DNA of 64,000 nucleotides. Source: Spirochaetaceae bacterium. Lineage in GTDB: Bacteria > Spirochaetota > Spirochaetia > DSM-2461. Positions 32,003-41,813 of this stretch are shown here, piece by piece. Numbering within the stretch: position 1 is the first letter of the stretch; the number at the start of each line of letters is the position of its first letter. Under the pieces are notes generated by a model. It did no database searches, was not told the DNA's origin, and saw only the letters and a list, made by a program, of their open reading frames with translations. The stretch is taken from positions 226,678-290,677 of the forward strand of contig JAOPTT010000010.1 in the NCBI GenBank assembly GCA_051531975.1. The letters run 5' to 3'. The translations under genes were made by a program, and so were the position numbers.

Positions 32003-34636
32003 CTATGACAAGAACTCAATATAACCCTCGGTACCATTCACTCTTATCATCTGTCCATCTTTAATCAACTTTGTAGCATTCTCTACACTAACAACAGCAG
32101 GTAGACCATACTCTCGGGCAATAATAGCACCATGGGTAATTAATCCTCCAACTTCAGTTACAAAGCCTTTAATACTAACAAATAGAGGTGTCCAACTAGG
32201 ATCAGTAAATTTAGTAACTAAGATATCTCCATCTTGTAGATCAGCTTCTTCAAAACTAGAAATAACTCTTGCTCTCCCCTCTATTATCCCGGCAGAAACA
32301 GCGAGACCAGGTAGTGCATTTTTTGGAATATCGACTTTATTATATTCACCACTTATTATTTCACCTTCTGATGTCATAATTCTCGGAGGAGTCAGTTTTT
32401 CATACAACTTAAACTGCTCTATCCTTTTCTCTATAATGTCATAGTCAAGTTTATCTGTTTTAACTACTTCCCATAACTCATCAAAAGATAGGTAATAGAT
32501 ATCTTCAAAATCTCTAATTAGACCTTTTTTTAAAAGTAAAACTGCTTCTTTTAGTAGAGCCTGTTTGTAGATATAATAACGTTTAATGTAGGAGAATTTA
32601 GGATACTCCCGGAAGCCTATATAATTTCGTATTAAGCTTGCAATTTTTCTTATCTTTTTAGCCCTTCTCCTTCCGTTTGGTAGATTTGAGACCTTAGTTG
32701 CTATTTCATCGATTCTTTTTTCTGATTCAATTAATCCCTGTTCATATTTATGTTTTGAAGCATTTGGTTCAAAATTATTTATATTACTTAAGATGATCTG
32801 TACAATCTCTGTTGGCTTCTCACTCCATCTTGGGACAGTTATATCAATATCCCCGGAACATCTCATACCAAATTTTGATAAATAACTTTTAATTGATCTG
32901 TTAACAGTTTCACCACCATCTAACTTAGATATATCCTCAAAAAAAGTTTCATCTTTAGGGTTTTTCAGATAATTTATAACATCAGGATAGTCCCTTATAA
33001 CATCTGCAACATCTAATAGACCATATCCAGTTTCTGTTGAGATACTATTTGGTATAGACATAAGTATAGTATCTGCTGCATTTTTTATTCCTAACCATTT
33101 CTCAATTTTTTTACTGAACCATTTTTCCGATAATAGAACTGCGGTTAAAGTCCCTGAAGTAGGAGGTTTAGTAACTTTCTTTCTTCTATTAAGATGATCA
33201 TTGTAAATAAAATCAAAAAGCTTATCCCCAGATAGTGTTTCAATTTCACTTTTCATTTTCTCTATTAAACTGTCTTCTTTTGCTATTATATCTTTAATAA
33301 TCTCTGGATCATTTTTTTTGAAGTTTTTATATGCTGTTAACATTATAGACCAAACACCACTGCTACTTTCAGATTTAAATATTTTATCCTTTCCTTTAGG
33401 TAGTGTTTTTATCAGTTTTTTATCTTTAATAATTTTAGAAACTGCATTTGTAATTAAAACGTCCCCCATAACTCCAATTAAACTTTTAGTTATAAATCTT
33501 CCCATTGGCGTACCTAGATCATGGGTAATATCAGCATATAACCTTCCACCTATATCCTGGGAAGGAGAACTACCAATTACTGAATTAAAAAAGTACATTC
33601 CTAAAGGTCTGATTGCAGCAGTCATCATCTGTAAATGTCCTGTTGATAAAAATATATGTTTCTCACCATTATTAGTTTTAGGTAAAGGGTATAGAGTTGT
33701 AATTGAACGACTCTGCACAAAATAAAATTCATTGTCATAGAGGCACCACTCTATATCTTGAGGTGATGCAAAATAAGTTTCAAATTGCCTTCCAATATCA
33801 GCAAGCTTAATTATCTGCTCATCTGTTAATGTCTGTATATTTCTATGTTCATCGTCTATCTTGCTCTCTTTAATACCACCACCGTTTATGGGATATATAG
33901 CTATATTCTTTGTGGAGATTTTTTTATCAACAATCTTTCCCTCTTTCACTTTATAAGTATCAGGGTTAACAAGTCCCGATACTAAGGCTTCACCAATACC
34001 GTAGCTGGCGTCAATTAAAGAGACTTTTCTATTTCCTGTAATAGGATCAGCTGTAAACATAATTCCTGAGGCTTGTGGTAATATCATCCGCTGGATAACA
34101 ACAGCTAAAAACACACCAAGGTGATCAATTCCATTTTGAATTCGATAAATAACTGCCCGTTTTGTAAATAATGAAGCCCAGCATTTGATTATATGTTCTA
34201 TGATCGATTCTGTTCCAATAATATTTAAATATGTATCGTATTGACCTGCAAATGAGGCTGTAGGAAGATCTTCTGCTGTCCCGCTAGAACGTACTGCGTA
34301 AGATGTATTATCACTGAATTGATTTAGTTGACCAATAATTTCATCTACAATAATCTCTGGTATTTTTACTTTCCCGATAACTTCCCGTATTTGAGAACTA
34401 ATTGAATCAATTTTATCTTTATCCTCTAACTTTAGGTTTGAAAGCTGATTTAACAAAGAGTTAAATACATCGCCCTCCAAGAACAATTTTTTATACACCT
34501 CTGTTGAAATACAAAAGCCTTCAGGTACCTGTATACCTTTCATCTTTGACAGTTTTATAAGGTTGAAAGCTTTACCTCCAACCTCTAACAGATTGGGTTT
34601 ATTACTATCATTAAAACTCTTGATATAGGAACTCAT
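32003..34636 (-). CDS. rph: Rifamycin phosphotransferase-like PEP-utilising enzyme
   Basis: ATP-grasp (VGGKA, AVRSS, QSRSIT), central domain with S.GH.QMMT, C-terminal swivel TEVGG..THGAIIAREYGLPAVV; 877 aa. Confidence 0.75.
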   Translation of the reverse strand: MSSYIKSFNDSNKPNLLEVGGKAFNLIKLSKMKGIQVPEGFCISTEVYKKLFLEGDVFNSLLNQLSNLKLEDKDKIDSISSQIREVIGKVKIPEIIVDEIIGQLNQFSDNTSYAVRSSGTAEDLPTASFAGQYDTYLNIIGTESIIEHIIKCWASLFTKRAVIYRIQNGIDHLGVFLAVVIQRMILPQASGIMFTADPITGNRKVSLIDASYGIGEALVSGLVNPDTYKVKEGKIVDKKISTKNIAIYPINGGGIKESKIDDEHRNIQTLTDEQIIKLADIGRQFETYFASPQDIEWCLYDNEFYFVQSRSITTLYPLPKTNNGEKHIFLSTGHLQMMTAAIRPLGMYFFNSVIGSSPSQDIGGRLYADITHDLGTPMGRFITKSLIGVMGDVLITNAVSKIIKDKKLIKTLPKGKDKIFKSESSSGVWSIMLTAYKNFKKNDPEIIKDIIAKEDSLIEKMKSEIETLSGDKLFDFIYNDHLNRRKKVTKPPTSGTLTAVLLSEKWFSKKIEKWLGIKNAADTILMSIPNSISTETGYGLLDVADVIRDYPDVINYLKNPKDETFFEDISKLDGGETVNRSIKSYLSKFGMRCSGDIDITVPRWSEKPTEIVQIILSNINNFEPNASKHKYEQGLIESEKRIDEIATKVSNLPNGRRRAKKIRKIASLIRNYIGFREYPKFSYIKRYYIYKQALLKEAVLLLKKGLIRDFEDIYYLSFDELWEVVKTDKLDYDIIEKRIEQFKLYEKLTPPRIMTSEGEIISGEYNKVDIPKNALPGLAVSAGIIEGRARVISSFEEADLQDGDILVTKFTDPSWTPLFVSIKGFVTEVGGLITHGAIIAREYGLPAVVSVENATKLIKDGQMIRVNGTEGYIEFLS

Positions 34637-34767
34637 ATTATATTTACTCCCTATATTAATATTTATAATAATACAGACAATAAAACAACCTTTTTTTTGA
34701 CAAGTAAGAATGGAACCTTAAGTACTTTTAAACCCATAAATTATTGGAAATTTAAAAATATTTAGAC

Positions 34768-34804
34768 AAAAAAAATACCAGGTAATATAACCTGGCATTT
34801 TTTT
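34768..34804 (-). terminator. Rho-independent terminator after the feo operon
   Basis: CCAGGT-loop-ACCTGG flanked by A/T runs. Confidence 0.7.
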
Positions 34805-34813
34805 AACAATTAT

Positions 34814-34960
34814 TTAACAGCTACAACTGCTTTTATTATTTGCAGAGGCACTAAGTGGGCAGCCAATACATTTAACACCTTTTCTTTTTTCATTAACTAT
34901 CTTTCTAATAGATAAAGTTGTAATTCCTAAAATAATTAGTGTAACAATTATATTTCCCAT
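34814..34960 (-). CDS. FeoB-associated Cys-rich small membrane protein (48 aa, not in ORF track)
   Basis: GGAGG RBS; MGNIIVTLIILGITTLSIRKIVNEKRKGVKCIGCPLSASANNKSSCSC. Confidence 0.85.
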   Translation of the reverse strand: MGNIIVTLIILGITTLSIRKIVNEKRKGVKCIGCPLSASANNKSSCSC

Positions 34961-34969
34961 TTGGTCCTC

Positions 34970-36970
34970 CTATGCAACCTTCTTTAATTTTATTTTTGAC
35001 TTTCTATTACCTTTTATTACTAATGTCGATACATATATAACCAATGCAACTACAGTAATTAAACCATAAATGAATCCTTGTCCAACACTACCTGTAGTTA
35101 TTAAAGTTCCTACCTGGTATGTTAAAAATGCGGCTACATAACCCATACCAAACTGAAATCCAATTCCAGCCCATAACCACTTTTTATCTTCCATTTCGGA
35201 GTTCATTGCACCAATTGCTGCAAAACATGGTGGAGTAAAAAGATTAAAAATTAAATATGATAATGCTGCAACAGAAGTTAATCCCATAACAGTAGCTACA
35301 TCGGCACCACCTGCAACTAAAGCTAACTCTTCTGTATCAATAAAATTAGTAATACTATATACAACTGCTAATGTTCCAACTACATTTTCTTTAGCTATAA
35401 AACCAGTAATTGCTGCTGCAGCTAACTGCCATACACCAAAACCTAAAGGTATAAGTAAAAATGCGAAAGGTGTAGCAATACTAGCTAATATACTTGTTCC
35501 CTCTGCACCCTCAGCAATTGCTTGAAACTGCCAATTGAAGGATTGCATAATTTGAACTGCTGCATTACATAATAGAATTATTGTTCCAGCTTTTACTATA
35601 AATGCTTTAGCTCTAGATAATGTAGATACTGCAGCTCTTTTAAAACTTGGCATCCTATATTCTGGAAGTTCCATAATAAAAAATGATCTAGCATTTTTTT
35701 CACCTGTGATATTTACAACAATTAGGGCACCTAAGATAATAATTGCGATTGCTAAGAAGTACATTGTTGTACCAACCCAAGCGGCATCATTAAAAAATAC
35801 ACCAGCAAAAAGTGCAATAACAGGGAGTTTTGCTCCACAAGGCATAAAAGGTGTCAACATTGCTGTTGTTCGTCTCTGTCTTGTATTTTTTATAGTTCTA
35901 GTAGCCATTACACCAGGAATAGCACATCCTGTCCCAATAACCATAGGAATAATAGATTTACCTGACAAACCAACACGTTTAAAGAATCTATCCATAATTA
36001 CAGCAACCCTTGCCATGTAACCACAATCTTCTAGTAGTGCTAATAAAAAGAATAAAACCATAATAAGTGGAAGGAATCCAACAACAGCTCCAACACCACC
36101 AATAATACCGTCTAATAACAGAGAGCTTAAGACTGGTGAAATATCTTCTCCTAATAATCCTTCAACAAGACTATAAAAAGCGTCAATCCAACCAACTAAT
36201 ACATCGGCTAATACAGGCCCCAAATATGTTTGTGATATAGAAAACACACCCCACATTATTGCAGCAAATATTGGGATTCCTAGCCATTTGTTTGCAACAA
36301 ATCTATCTATAGAATCCTGCTTTGTTTGAATATTACTTTTTGTTTTTCTATTCTCAACTTTTTTGACTAATTCCTTAACATAATGGAACCTCTTAATATC
36401 TGAAGCTTCAACAGATTTAATGTCATCGTAGTTAATATCTTCAGGTATAAATGGAGGCTGCTGAGTAGTATCTACAACCGCTAATACCTGTGTAATAAGT
36501 TGTTCTAGCCCATTTCGCCCACTCTTAGTAGATACGGTTTCAATAACTGGGCAACCAAAGGATTTACTTAATAGAGCTATATCAATCTCTGTTTTTTTTC
36601 TTTTAGTTAAATCACTTTTATTAAGTGCAATAACAACAGGTATGTCTAGGTTTAATAACTGAGTTGTAAAAAACAGACTTCTATTTAAGTTTGTAGCATC
36701 AACTATATTTATAATAACATCAGGTTTTTCATTCTCTATAAAATCCCTTGTTATACTTTCTTCTGCAGTAAATGGAGACATAGAATATGCTCCAGGTAAG
36801 TCGACAGCTGTAATATCAATTTCAGACTTATTTAAAGTTTTTTTTATCTTTGCTTCTTTCTTGGAGACTGTAACTCCAGCCCAATTTCCAACATGTTCTA
36901 TTCTACCAGTAATAGAGTTAAAAAGCGTTGTTTTCCCACTATTAGGATTACCTGTTAATGCAACTTTCAT
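34970..36970 (-). CDS. feoB: Ferrous iron transporter B
   Basis: GNPNSGKTT, DLPG.YS, NKSD, PFMPCGAKLP, PPCFAAI. Confidence 0.95.
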   Translation of the reverse strand: MKVALTGNPNSGKTTLFNSITGRIEHVGNWAGVTVSKKEAKIKKTLNKSEIDITAVDLPGAYSMSPFTAEESITRDFIENEKPDVIINIVDATNLNRSLFFTTQLLNLDIPVVIALNKSDLTKRKKTEIDIALLSKSFGCPVIETVSTKSGRNGLEQLITQVLAVVDTTQQPPFIPEDINYDDIKSVEASDIKRFHYVKELVKKVENRKTKSNIQTKQDSIDRFVANKWLGIPIFAAIMWGVFSISQTYLGPVLADVLVGWIDAFYSLVEGLLGEDISPVLSSLLLDGIIGGVGAVVGFLPLIMVLFFLLALLEDCGYMARVAVIMDRFFKRVGLSGKSIIPMVIGTGCAIPGVMATRTIKNTRQRRTTAMLTPFMPCGAKLPVIALFAGVFFNDAAWVGTTMYFLAIAIIILGALIVVNITGEKNARSFFIMELPEYRMPSFKRAAVSTLSRAKAFIVKAGTIILLCNAAVQIMQSFNWQFQAIAEGAEGTSILASIATPFAFLLIPLGFGVWQLAAAAITGFIAKENVVGTLAVVYSITNFIDTEELALVAGGADVATVMGLTSVAALSYLIFNLFTPPCFAAIGAMNSEMEDKKWLWAGIGFQFGMGYVAAFLTYQVGTLITTGSVGQGFIYGLITVVALVIYVSTLVIKGNRKSKIKLKKVA

Positions 36971-37007
36971 GATTCCTCCAATTAAAATCAATGTTATTTA
37001 TTTCGAA

Positions 37008-37027
37008 AAGTTAACCTTGGCTAACTT
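37008..37027. promoter_or_regulatory. Second DtxR-type operator upstream of feoB
   Basis: AAGTTAA-CCTTGG-CTAACTT, same geometry as the 37737 site. Confidence 0.6.
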
Positions 37028-37042
37028 CATTATTAAAAAAAA

Positions 37043-37309
37043 TTATATAATTATAGCTTCTGCTAAATCAGTATCAATACTATATCTCGCATCCTTAACC
37101 GTAATAACCAAGTTTTCAGAAAGAATAGATATTATAGTTATAGGCTCACCAGGGAAACATCCCAAAGTAAACAGGAAGTTTTTTAATTCTTCATCATCAG
37201 AAACGATATCTCTAATAATATATTCTTCATTTATATTAGCTTCTGATAAATTTTTTACATCATCATATGAATTATATGTTTCTTCAAAAAGTATACTTAC
37301 GCTGCTCAT
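37043..37309 (-). CDS. feoA: Ferrous iron transport protein A
   Basis: FLFTLGCFPGEPI...ARYSID..LAEAI. Confidence 0.9.
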   Translation of the reverse strand: MSSVSILFEETYNSYDDVKNLSEANINEEYIIRDIVSDDEELKNFLFTLGCFPGEPITIISILSENLVITVKDARYSIDTDLAEAIII

Positions 37310-37325
37310 AAATCCTCCAAAAAAT

Positions 37326-37712
37326 CTATAAATTAGTCTCAATATTATTCTTAACTAAATATTCAACAATGGCATCAACTAAGTTATCAGTTAAAACATG
37401 TTCTAACTTACATGCATTATCTTCTGCCTCTTTATCTGAAACATTTAATGTATGTTTTAAATAAAGTGTAATTAAAGTATGTTTACGATAAATACTTTCA
37501 GATAATTTTTTACCTTTATCTGTAAGTGTTATACTTCCATAAGGTTCATGTAATATATAGCCACCCTCTTTAAGGTTCTTTGTAGCTTTACTAACACTAG
37601 CTTTGGTAACACCAAGTTTTTTTCCAACATCTACACTATGAGCATTCCCATGAGTCTTTTCCATTAAATATATAGTTTCTAAATACATTTCCATGGATTC
37701 AGTATTGCTCAT
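37326..37712 (-). CDS. DtxR/MntR family metal-dependent regulator
   Basis: EMYLETIY, I.LT..G, RKH, ACKLEH. Confidence 0.92.
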   Translation of the reverse strand: MSNTESMEMYLETIYLMEKTHGNAHSVDVGKKLGVTKASVSKATKNLKEGGYILHEPYGSITLTDKGKKLSESIYRKHTLITLYLKHTLNVSDKEAEDNACKLEHVLTDNLVDAIVEYLVKNNIETNL

Positions 37713-37736
37713 TAGTACTCCAACGTTAATTTCAGC

Positions 37737-37774
37737 TTATTAAGAAAGTTAGCCACTACTAACTTTCTTAATAA
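37737..37774. promoter_or_regulatory. DtxR-type operator
   Basis: Perfect 16-bp inverted repeat TTATTAAGAAAGTTAG-N6-CTAACTTTCTTAATAA upstream of the regulator. Confidence 0.75.
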
Positions 37775-37826
37775 TGTATGTTAAAGTTATAATTGTCAAC
37801 ATAAAATATACTTTTATATTATCTTT

Positions 37827-38711
37827 TTAAGAAACCTCTACAGTTATGTGATCACATTTACATTTTAATTTAATTTCATTTTTGAATTCTTCTTTATCAA
37901 ACTCTTTATTAGGTTCTACAGAAATAATAATCCCTTTGTGTTTATCTGAAATATTCCATATATGTAAATCTTTTAATTGAGAGTTAGAAGAACTAACTAT
38001 ATTTTCTATAATTTCTTTGTCTTCTTTAATAGGGTAATAATCCACTAGAAGTTTTCCACTTGATATTAATAAACTATAAGCCCACTTCAGAATAACGATT
38101 GCTCCTAGTACAGCAACAGCTGCATCTGGCCAAGTATGATTAAAGAACTTACCAATAAGTAATGCGACTATCGCTAATATTGATGTAAAAGCATCTGTTA
38201 TTACGTGTATATAAGCAGCTCTTAGATTGTGATCATGATGATGTTCATGTCCGTGTCCATGGTGGTGGTCGTGTCCCCCAGAAGAGAGTAATAAAGCAGA
38301 TATTATATTAACAATAAAACCAAAAGCTGCAACAAATAATGCCTGGTTAAAAATTATATTTTCAGGGTTGAGTATTCTATGAACTGATTCTGAGATCATG
38401 AATACAGCAGTAATACCTAATACAATTGCATTTGTATATCCCCCTAATACTCCTACTTTCCCACTTGAGAAAGGATAATTTTCATTATCTTTATGCTTTT
38501 TTGCAATATAATATGCGACCATTGTAATTATTAGTGCAAATGTATGGGTTCCCATATGGATACCATCTGCTAATAACGCCATAGACCCAGTAATTATTCC
38601 AAATATTATTTCTGCTACCATAGTTACTACTGTAATTATTACTACGATCCCAGTTCTTTTCATATTATTATCATTATGAGTATCTTCTATTTTTTGATTA
38701 CAAATCCGCAT
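37827..38711 (-). CDS. dmeF: CDF Co/Ni efflux transporter (DmeF-like)
   Basis: SMALLADGIHMGTH, His-rich loop, NLRAAYIHVITD. Confidence 0.8.
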   Translation of the reverse strand: MRICNQKIEDTHNDNNMKRTGIVVIITVVTMVAEIIFGIITGSMALLADGIHMGTHTFALIITMVAYYIAKKHKDNENYPFSSGKVGVLGGYTNAIVLGITAVFMISESVHRILNPENIIFNQALFVAAFGFIVNIISALLLSSGGHDHHHGHGHEHHHDHNLRAAYIHVITDAFTSILAIVALLIGKFFNHTWPDAAVAVLGAIVILKWAYSLLISSGKLLVDYYPIKEDKEIIENIVSSSNSQLKDLHIWNISDKHKGIIISVEPNKEFDKEEFKNEIKLKCKCDHITVEVS

Positions 38712-38719
38712 ATTGTCTC

Positions 38720-39130
38720 CTATATTACCTTCTGAATTTTATCTAATTGAGCAAAAAATGTTTCACATTCTTTTACCCCTAGAGAGTCAATAATCTCTTT
38801 TATTAAATGATCATGCATTGTATGGTGATTCTCATATTCAGTTTTACCTTTATCTTTTAACCTTATAAAAAATGATCTTTTATCTACATCATCTTTAATT
38901 TTCTCTATATACCCTTTAGAAGCTAATCTGTGTACCATTACTGTTAATGTTCCAGTTGTAACACCTAATATTTTTGATAGTTCTTTCATTCTAATTTTTC
39001 CATTATTACCAACCACTTCTAATAGGTGCATTTGCGCAACAGATATGTCTCTATCTGATACAACATCGTTTTCCCAAGAGGACATTCGTTCAAAAAATTC
39101 TACTAATATATTGGAGTATTTATCATTCAT
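38720..39130 (-). CDS. MarR family regulator (start at MNDKY)
   Basis: ELSKILGVTTGTLT...DKRS..I.L..KG. Confidence 0.88.
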   Translation of the reverse strand: MNDKYSNILVEFFERMSSWENDVVSDRDISVAQMHLLEVVGNNGKIRMKELSKILGVTTGTLTVMVHRLASKGYIEKIKDDVDKRSFFIRLKDKGKTEYENHHTMHDHLIKEIIDSLGVKECETFFAQLDKIQKVI

Positions 39131-39135
39131 ACATT

Positions 39136-39183
39136 TACCTTGATTATCAAGGTATATAGAATTAGTTTGATTGTCAAGGTAAA
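39136..39183. promoter_or_regulatory. Paired MarR operator palindromes
   Basis: TACCTTGATTATCAAGGTA and TTGATTGTCAAGGTA just upstream of marR. Confidence 0.7.
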
Positions 39184-39411
39184 TTAATATATGAATCTTA
39201 GATTTTAAAATGATATTCCTTGCACCCAATAATAGATAAATGTCCCTTACCTACTCCTAGAGAGTTTAAAAATAATACACTTTCATTATTTGCATAATCC
39301 TATAATTTCCGGACACCGATTCCTGTATTAAAAGACAGTCATTCCCGAAAAAATAACATTTAACATTATGATAACTCATACCCTTTCCAGATTCAAATAA
39401 CATAATAAATT

Positions 39412-39439
39412 GCTTCCGATAATAGGTACTCTGACTACC
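39412..39439 (+). other. dif-like recombination site (spacer TAGGTA), left edge of module array
   Basis: GCTTCCGATAA TAGGTA CTCTGACTACC. Confidence 0.7.
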
Positions 39440-39522
39440 TGATCGATAATAATTATTTTTATCAAGAAATAATGCTCCTATAAATAGTATTAGAATCTAG
39501 AAAAACTTTTCCATTTATAAAG

Positions 39523-39972
39523 TCAGTAACTAGATATAATTGAGACTACCTTTAATAAAAGCAGTAGTAATCCAAATGCATTAGAAGTTATTAGGAGAAT
39601 AATAGCTATTTGAGTTGCTTTATCCATAAGATGCATTTTTTTATTAAAAAACAAATCATAATATAATAAGACAGTAAAAGTATCAGATAAAATAACAGTT
39701 CTAATAGATCCTAATAAAGGACCAAATAGTAAAAGTATAACAGGTACAAATATTGTAACCTCATCGAAATAACCAGCTAAATAGAAAAATATAACTGAAC
39801 CAGGATAGATAAGAATTCCTATAATTGCCAAATAGTTATTCTTTACGAGTTGTATAACTTTTATTTTACCAGCAGAATTAACAAAGAACCTAGCTTTACA
39901 CTTTAAGCAAACATGTTTACCTGCTTCTACAATATCAATTTTTTTATTGCATCCAGGACATCTAATTATCAT
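39523..39972 (-). CDS. Zinc-ribbon plus membrane hypothetical protein
   Basis: CPGC...CLKC then 3 TM helices. Confidence 0.65.
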   Translation of the reverse strand: MIIRCPGCNKKIDIVEAGKHVCLKCKARFFVNSAGKIKVIQLVKNNYLAIIGILIYPGSVIFFYLAGYFDEVTIFVPVILLLFGPLLGSIRTVILSDTFTVLLYYDLFFNKKMHLMDKATQIAIILLITSNAFGLLLLLLKVVSIISSY

Positions 39973-40112
39973 ATGAAATTATTATACCTCCCTTTTAGCA
40001 AATATGTATTAATTCTATTTATTTTAAACAATCCTGTGGTTCAGGAGTAATATACTTAGTTTTTAATATATACAATGTTAGATGATGAATACATTAGATA
40101 TAGCGTATAAGT

Positions 40113-40562
40113 TCACTGCATTATAGCTTCTATAATAGGTATGTGAGTTTCTGCTATATGTATATTTAGTAATTCTGCTTTTGAAATAAATTTCAATTCT
40201 CTTGATTCCTCACTACATTTTAATTTAGAAAAATCTTTTATATGAACATTAAAGACAATTGTTATAACTCTTCTAGAATTACCATCACTATATTCAATTA
40301 TACTTGTTGGATTAGAAAGTGTTTTAAACATCTCACACTGAACAGCTTCTAACCCTGTCTCTTCTAATGTTTCTCGTATCACACAATCTTTAAAGTCTTC
40401 ATTTGATTCTAATCCTCCACCAATAAATGCCCAACGATCAGAATCGACACGATGCTCCACTAAATATTTTTGATCCTTAACTATCAATGCTACACAACCT
40501 AATAATGGTGGTAAATTTGGAATAGGAGCAGTCGGATTTTTATAATAAAATATTGCACTCAT
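40113..40562 (-). CDS. NUDIX hydrolase (cassette-like)
   Basis: GG.LE..E....C..RET.EETGL; GTTAGAA core at 40585-40591 upstream and ATCTAAC at 40077-40083 downstream. Confidence 0.9.
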   Translation of the reverse strand: MSAIFYYKNPTAPIPNLPPLLGCVALIVKDQKYLVEHRVDSDRWAFIGGGLESNEDFKDCVIRETLEETGLEAVQCEMFKTLSNPTSIIEYSDGNSRRVITIVFNVHIKDFSKLKCSEESRELKFISKAELLNIHIAETHIPIIEAIMQ

Positions 40563-40603
40563 ATAGTCTCCTAATATATATTTCTTCTAACGTTTCGATG
40601 ATA

Positions 40604-41011
40604 TTAAATTATAGCCTTAAAGAATGATTCAATATCATTTGAAATACCAGGTAACATACCTAACTCAGTAGAAATAATAGATTCTAAATACCATGAATCT
40701 TTTCCACCGGTATTTTTATTTGTTAAAATTGTTTTAATTATAATATGACCTAAATTATCGCATTTTAATTCAATTGAAAATTCTTCTTCTAATGAACTCC
40801 ATGAATATTCTCCTTTCCAGCCATTAGCATGTGATGAAACTTCTTTAAATAGTGCTATGAGATCATTGCATTTTAAATACTTATATACTTTTAATGATCC
40901 AGTACAGGACTTTGAACTAACTAACACTGTAAAATAGTCTTTTTGATTATCATATAATTTTATGTAACGATCACTTTCACTTGATTTGATAATAACTTCA
41001 TGATTATTCAT
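40604..41011 (-). CDS. Hypothetical protein (DUF6228-like), first gene after attI-like platform
   Basis: GWKGEYSWSSLE...CDNLGHI; GTTAGAC core upstream. Confidence 0.7.
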   Translation of the reverse strand: MNNHEVIIKSSESDRYIKLYDNQKDYFTVLVSSKSCTGSLKVYKYLKCNDLIALFKEVSSHANGWKGEYSWSSLEEEFSIELKCDNLGHIIIKTILTNKNTGGKDSWYLESIISTELGMLPGISNDIESFFKAII

Positions 41012-41033
41012 AAGTCCTCCTATAATTTAATTT

Positions 41034-41185
41034 GTCTAACTTAAGCAATTACGAAATATTGCTTTATTGCTTTATTGCTTTATTGCTTTATTGCTTTATT
41101 GCTTTATTGCTTTATTGCTTAAAATATAATACTTCAAATAATAAACTAAGTAACATACTTTATATATTTAATAACATTACAAATA
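41034..41185 (-). repeat. attI/promoter-like platform, copy 1
   Basis: Homologous to 43274-43377 and 63241-63307; ends in GTTAGAC before RBS and gene. Confidence 0.75.
41058..41120. repeat. 8-bp VNTR (ATTGCTTT) about 8 copies
   Basis: Seven full units plus one partial. Confidence 0.95.
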
Positions 41186-41213
41186 GATTCTTAGTTTAGG
41201 TATTCGGTCTACT
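41186..41213 (+). other. dif-like site (TAGGTA)
   Basis: GATTCTTAGTT TAGGTA TTCGGTCTACT. Confidence 0.7.
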
Positions 41214-41220
41214 TAAGGGA

Positions 41221-41308
41221 TTTTCATGTCCCCCCAGGTATATAAATGTAAGTTCTATTAGTAGTAAACAGAGTTACATACGCCAATTTAGGCTGTATTA
41301 TGTTATCC
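41221..41308 (-). other. Degenerate attC-like site
   Basis: GGATAAC after stop, internal hairpin ATGTAA/TTACAT, ends ATGAAAA 7 bp before dif-like site. Confidence 0.4.
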
Positions 41309-41314
41309 ATAAAA

Positions 41315-41776
41315 CTATTTCTTAACTAAATAAAACTTTTGATGAGGATATTCAAACTCAACTGTTAATTCTGATTCTATAAATCCAAATTTTTTATATA
41401 AAGCACGGGGTGCAGTACCCCGAATATCATTTTCACGAAAAGTTGATACCGATATTGTTGAATTATCTGGAAAAAGATTAATCATTTTATTAACCATAAT
41501 GGTTGCGACCCCATTTCTCCTATGATCTGGATGAACAGCCATACATCCAAGACAATTTGATGATAAAGAGAAAATCAAGATTCCAATAATAACATTATCA
41601 GATTTAACACATAACGCTGTGTTTCTTTTTATGTTTTTAAGAACAGTAATTCTGTAATTGATCATCTCTTCATCGGTATCAAGCCCTGGAAAATTATCTT
41701 TGACTAAACCAATCATATTCATCCACAAATCAATGTCTTTAATACCTGCGACTTCTAACTTATATTTATTTACCAA
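41315..41776 (-). CDS. GNAT acetyltransferase
   Basis: AVHPDHRRNGVAT, ALYKKFGF. Confidence 0.9.
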   Translation of the reverse strand: MVNKYKLEVAGIKDIDLWMNMIGLVKDNFPGLDTDEEMINYRITVLKNIKRNTALCVKSDNVIIGILIFSLSSNCLGCMAVHPDHRRNGVATIMVNKMINLFPDNSTISVSTFRENDIRGTAPRALYKKFGFIESELTVEFEYPHQKFYLVKK

Positions 41777-41783
41777 TTTGTTT

Positions 41784-41811
41784 CCTTCCTAATTTAGGTA
41801 TTCGGTCTACT
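41784..41811 (+). other. dif-like site (TAGGTA)
   Basis: CCTTCCTAATT TAGGTA TTCGGTCTACT; fills almost the whole intergenic gap. Confidence 0.75.
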
Positions 41812-41813
41812 AT

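Noticed and set aside
32003..34636. Housekeeping PEP synthase (ppsA)
   Set aside because: His-swivel domain is C-terminal and there is no PEP-binding barrel.
34724..34751. dif-like half site (ATTTCCAATAA on minus strand)
   Set aside because: Only one arm matches; spacer and second arm do not.
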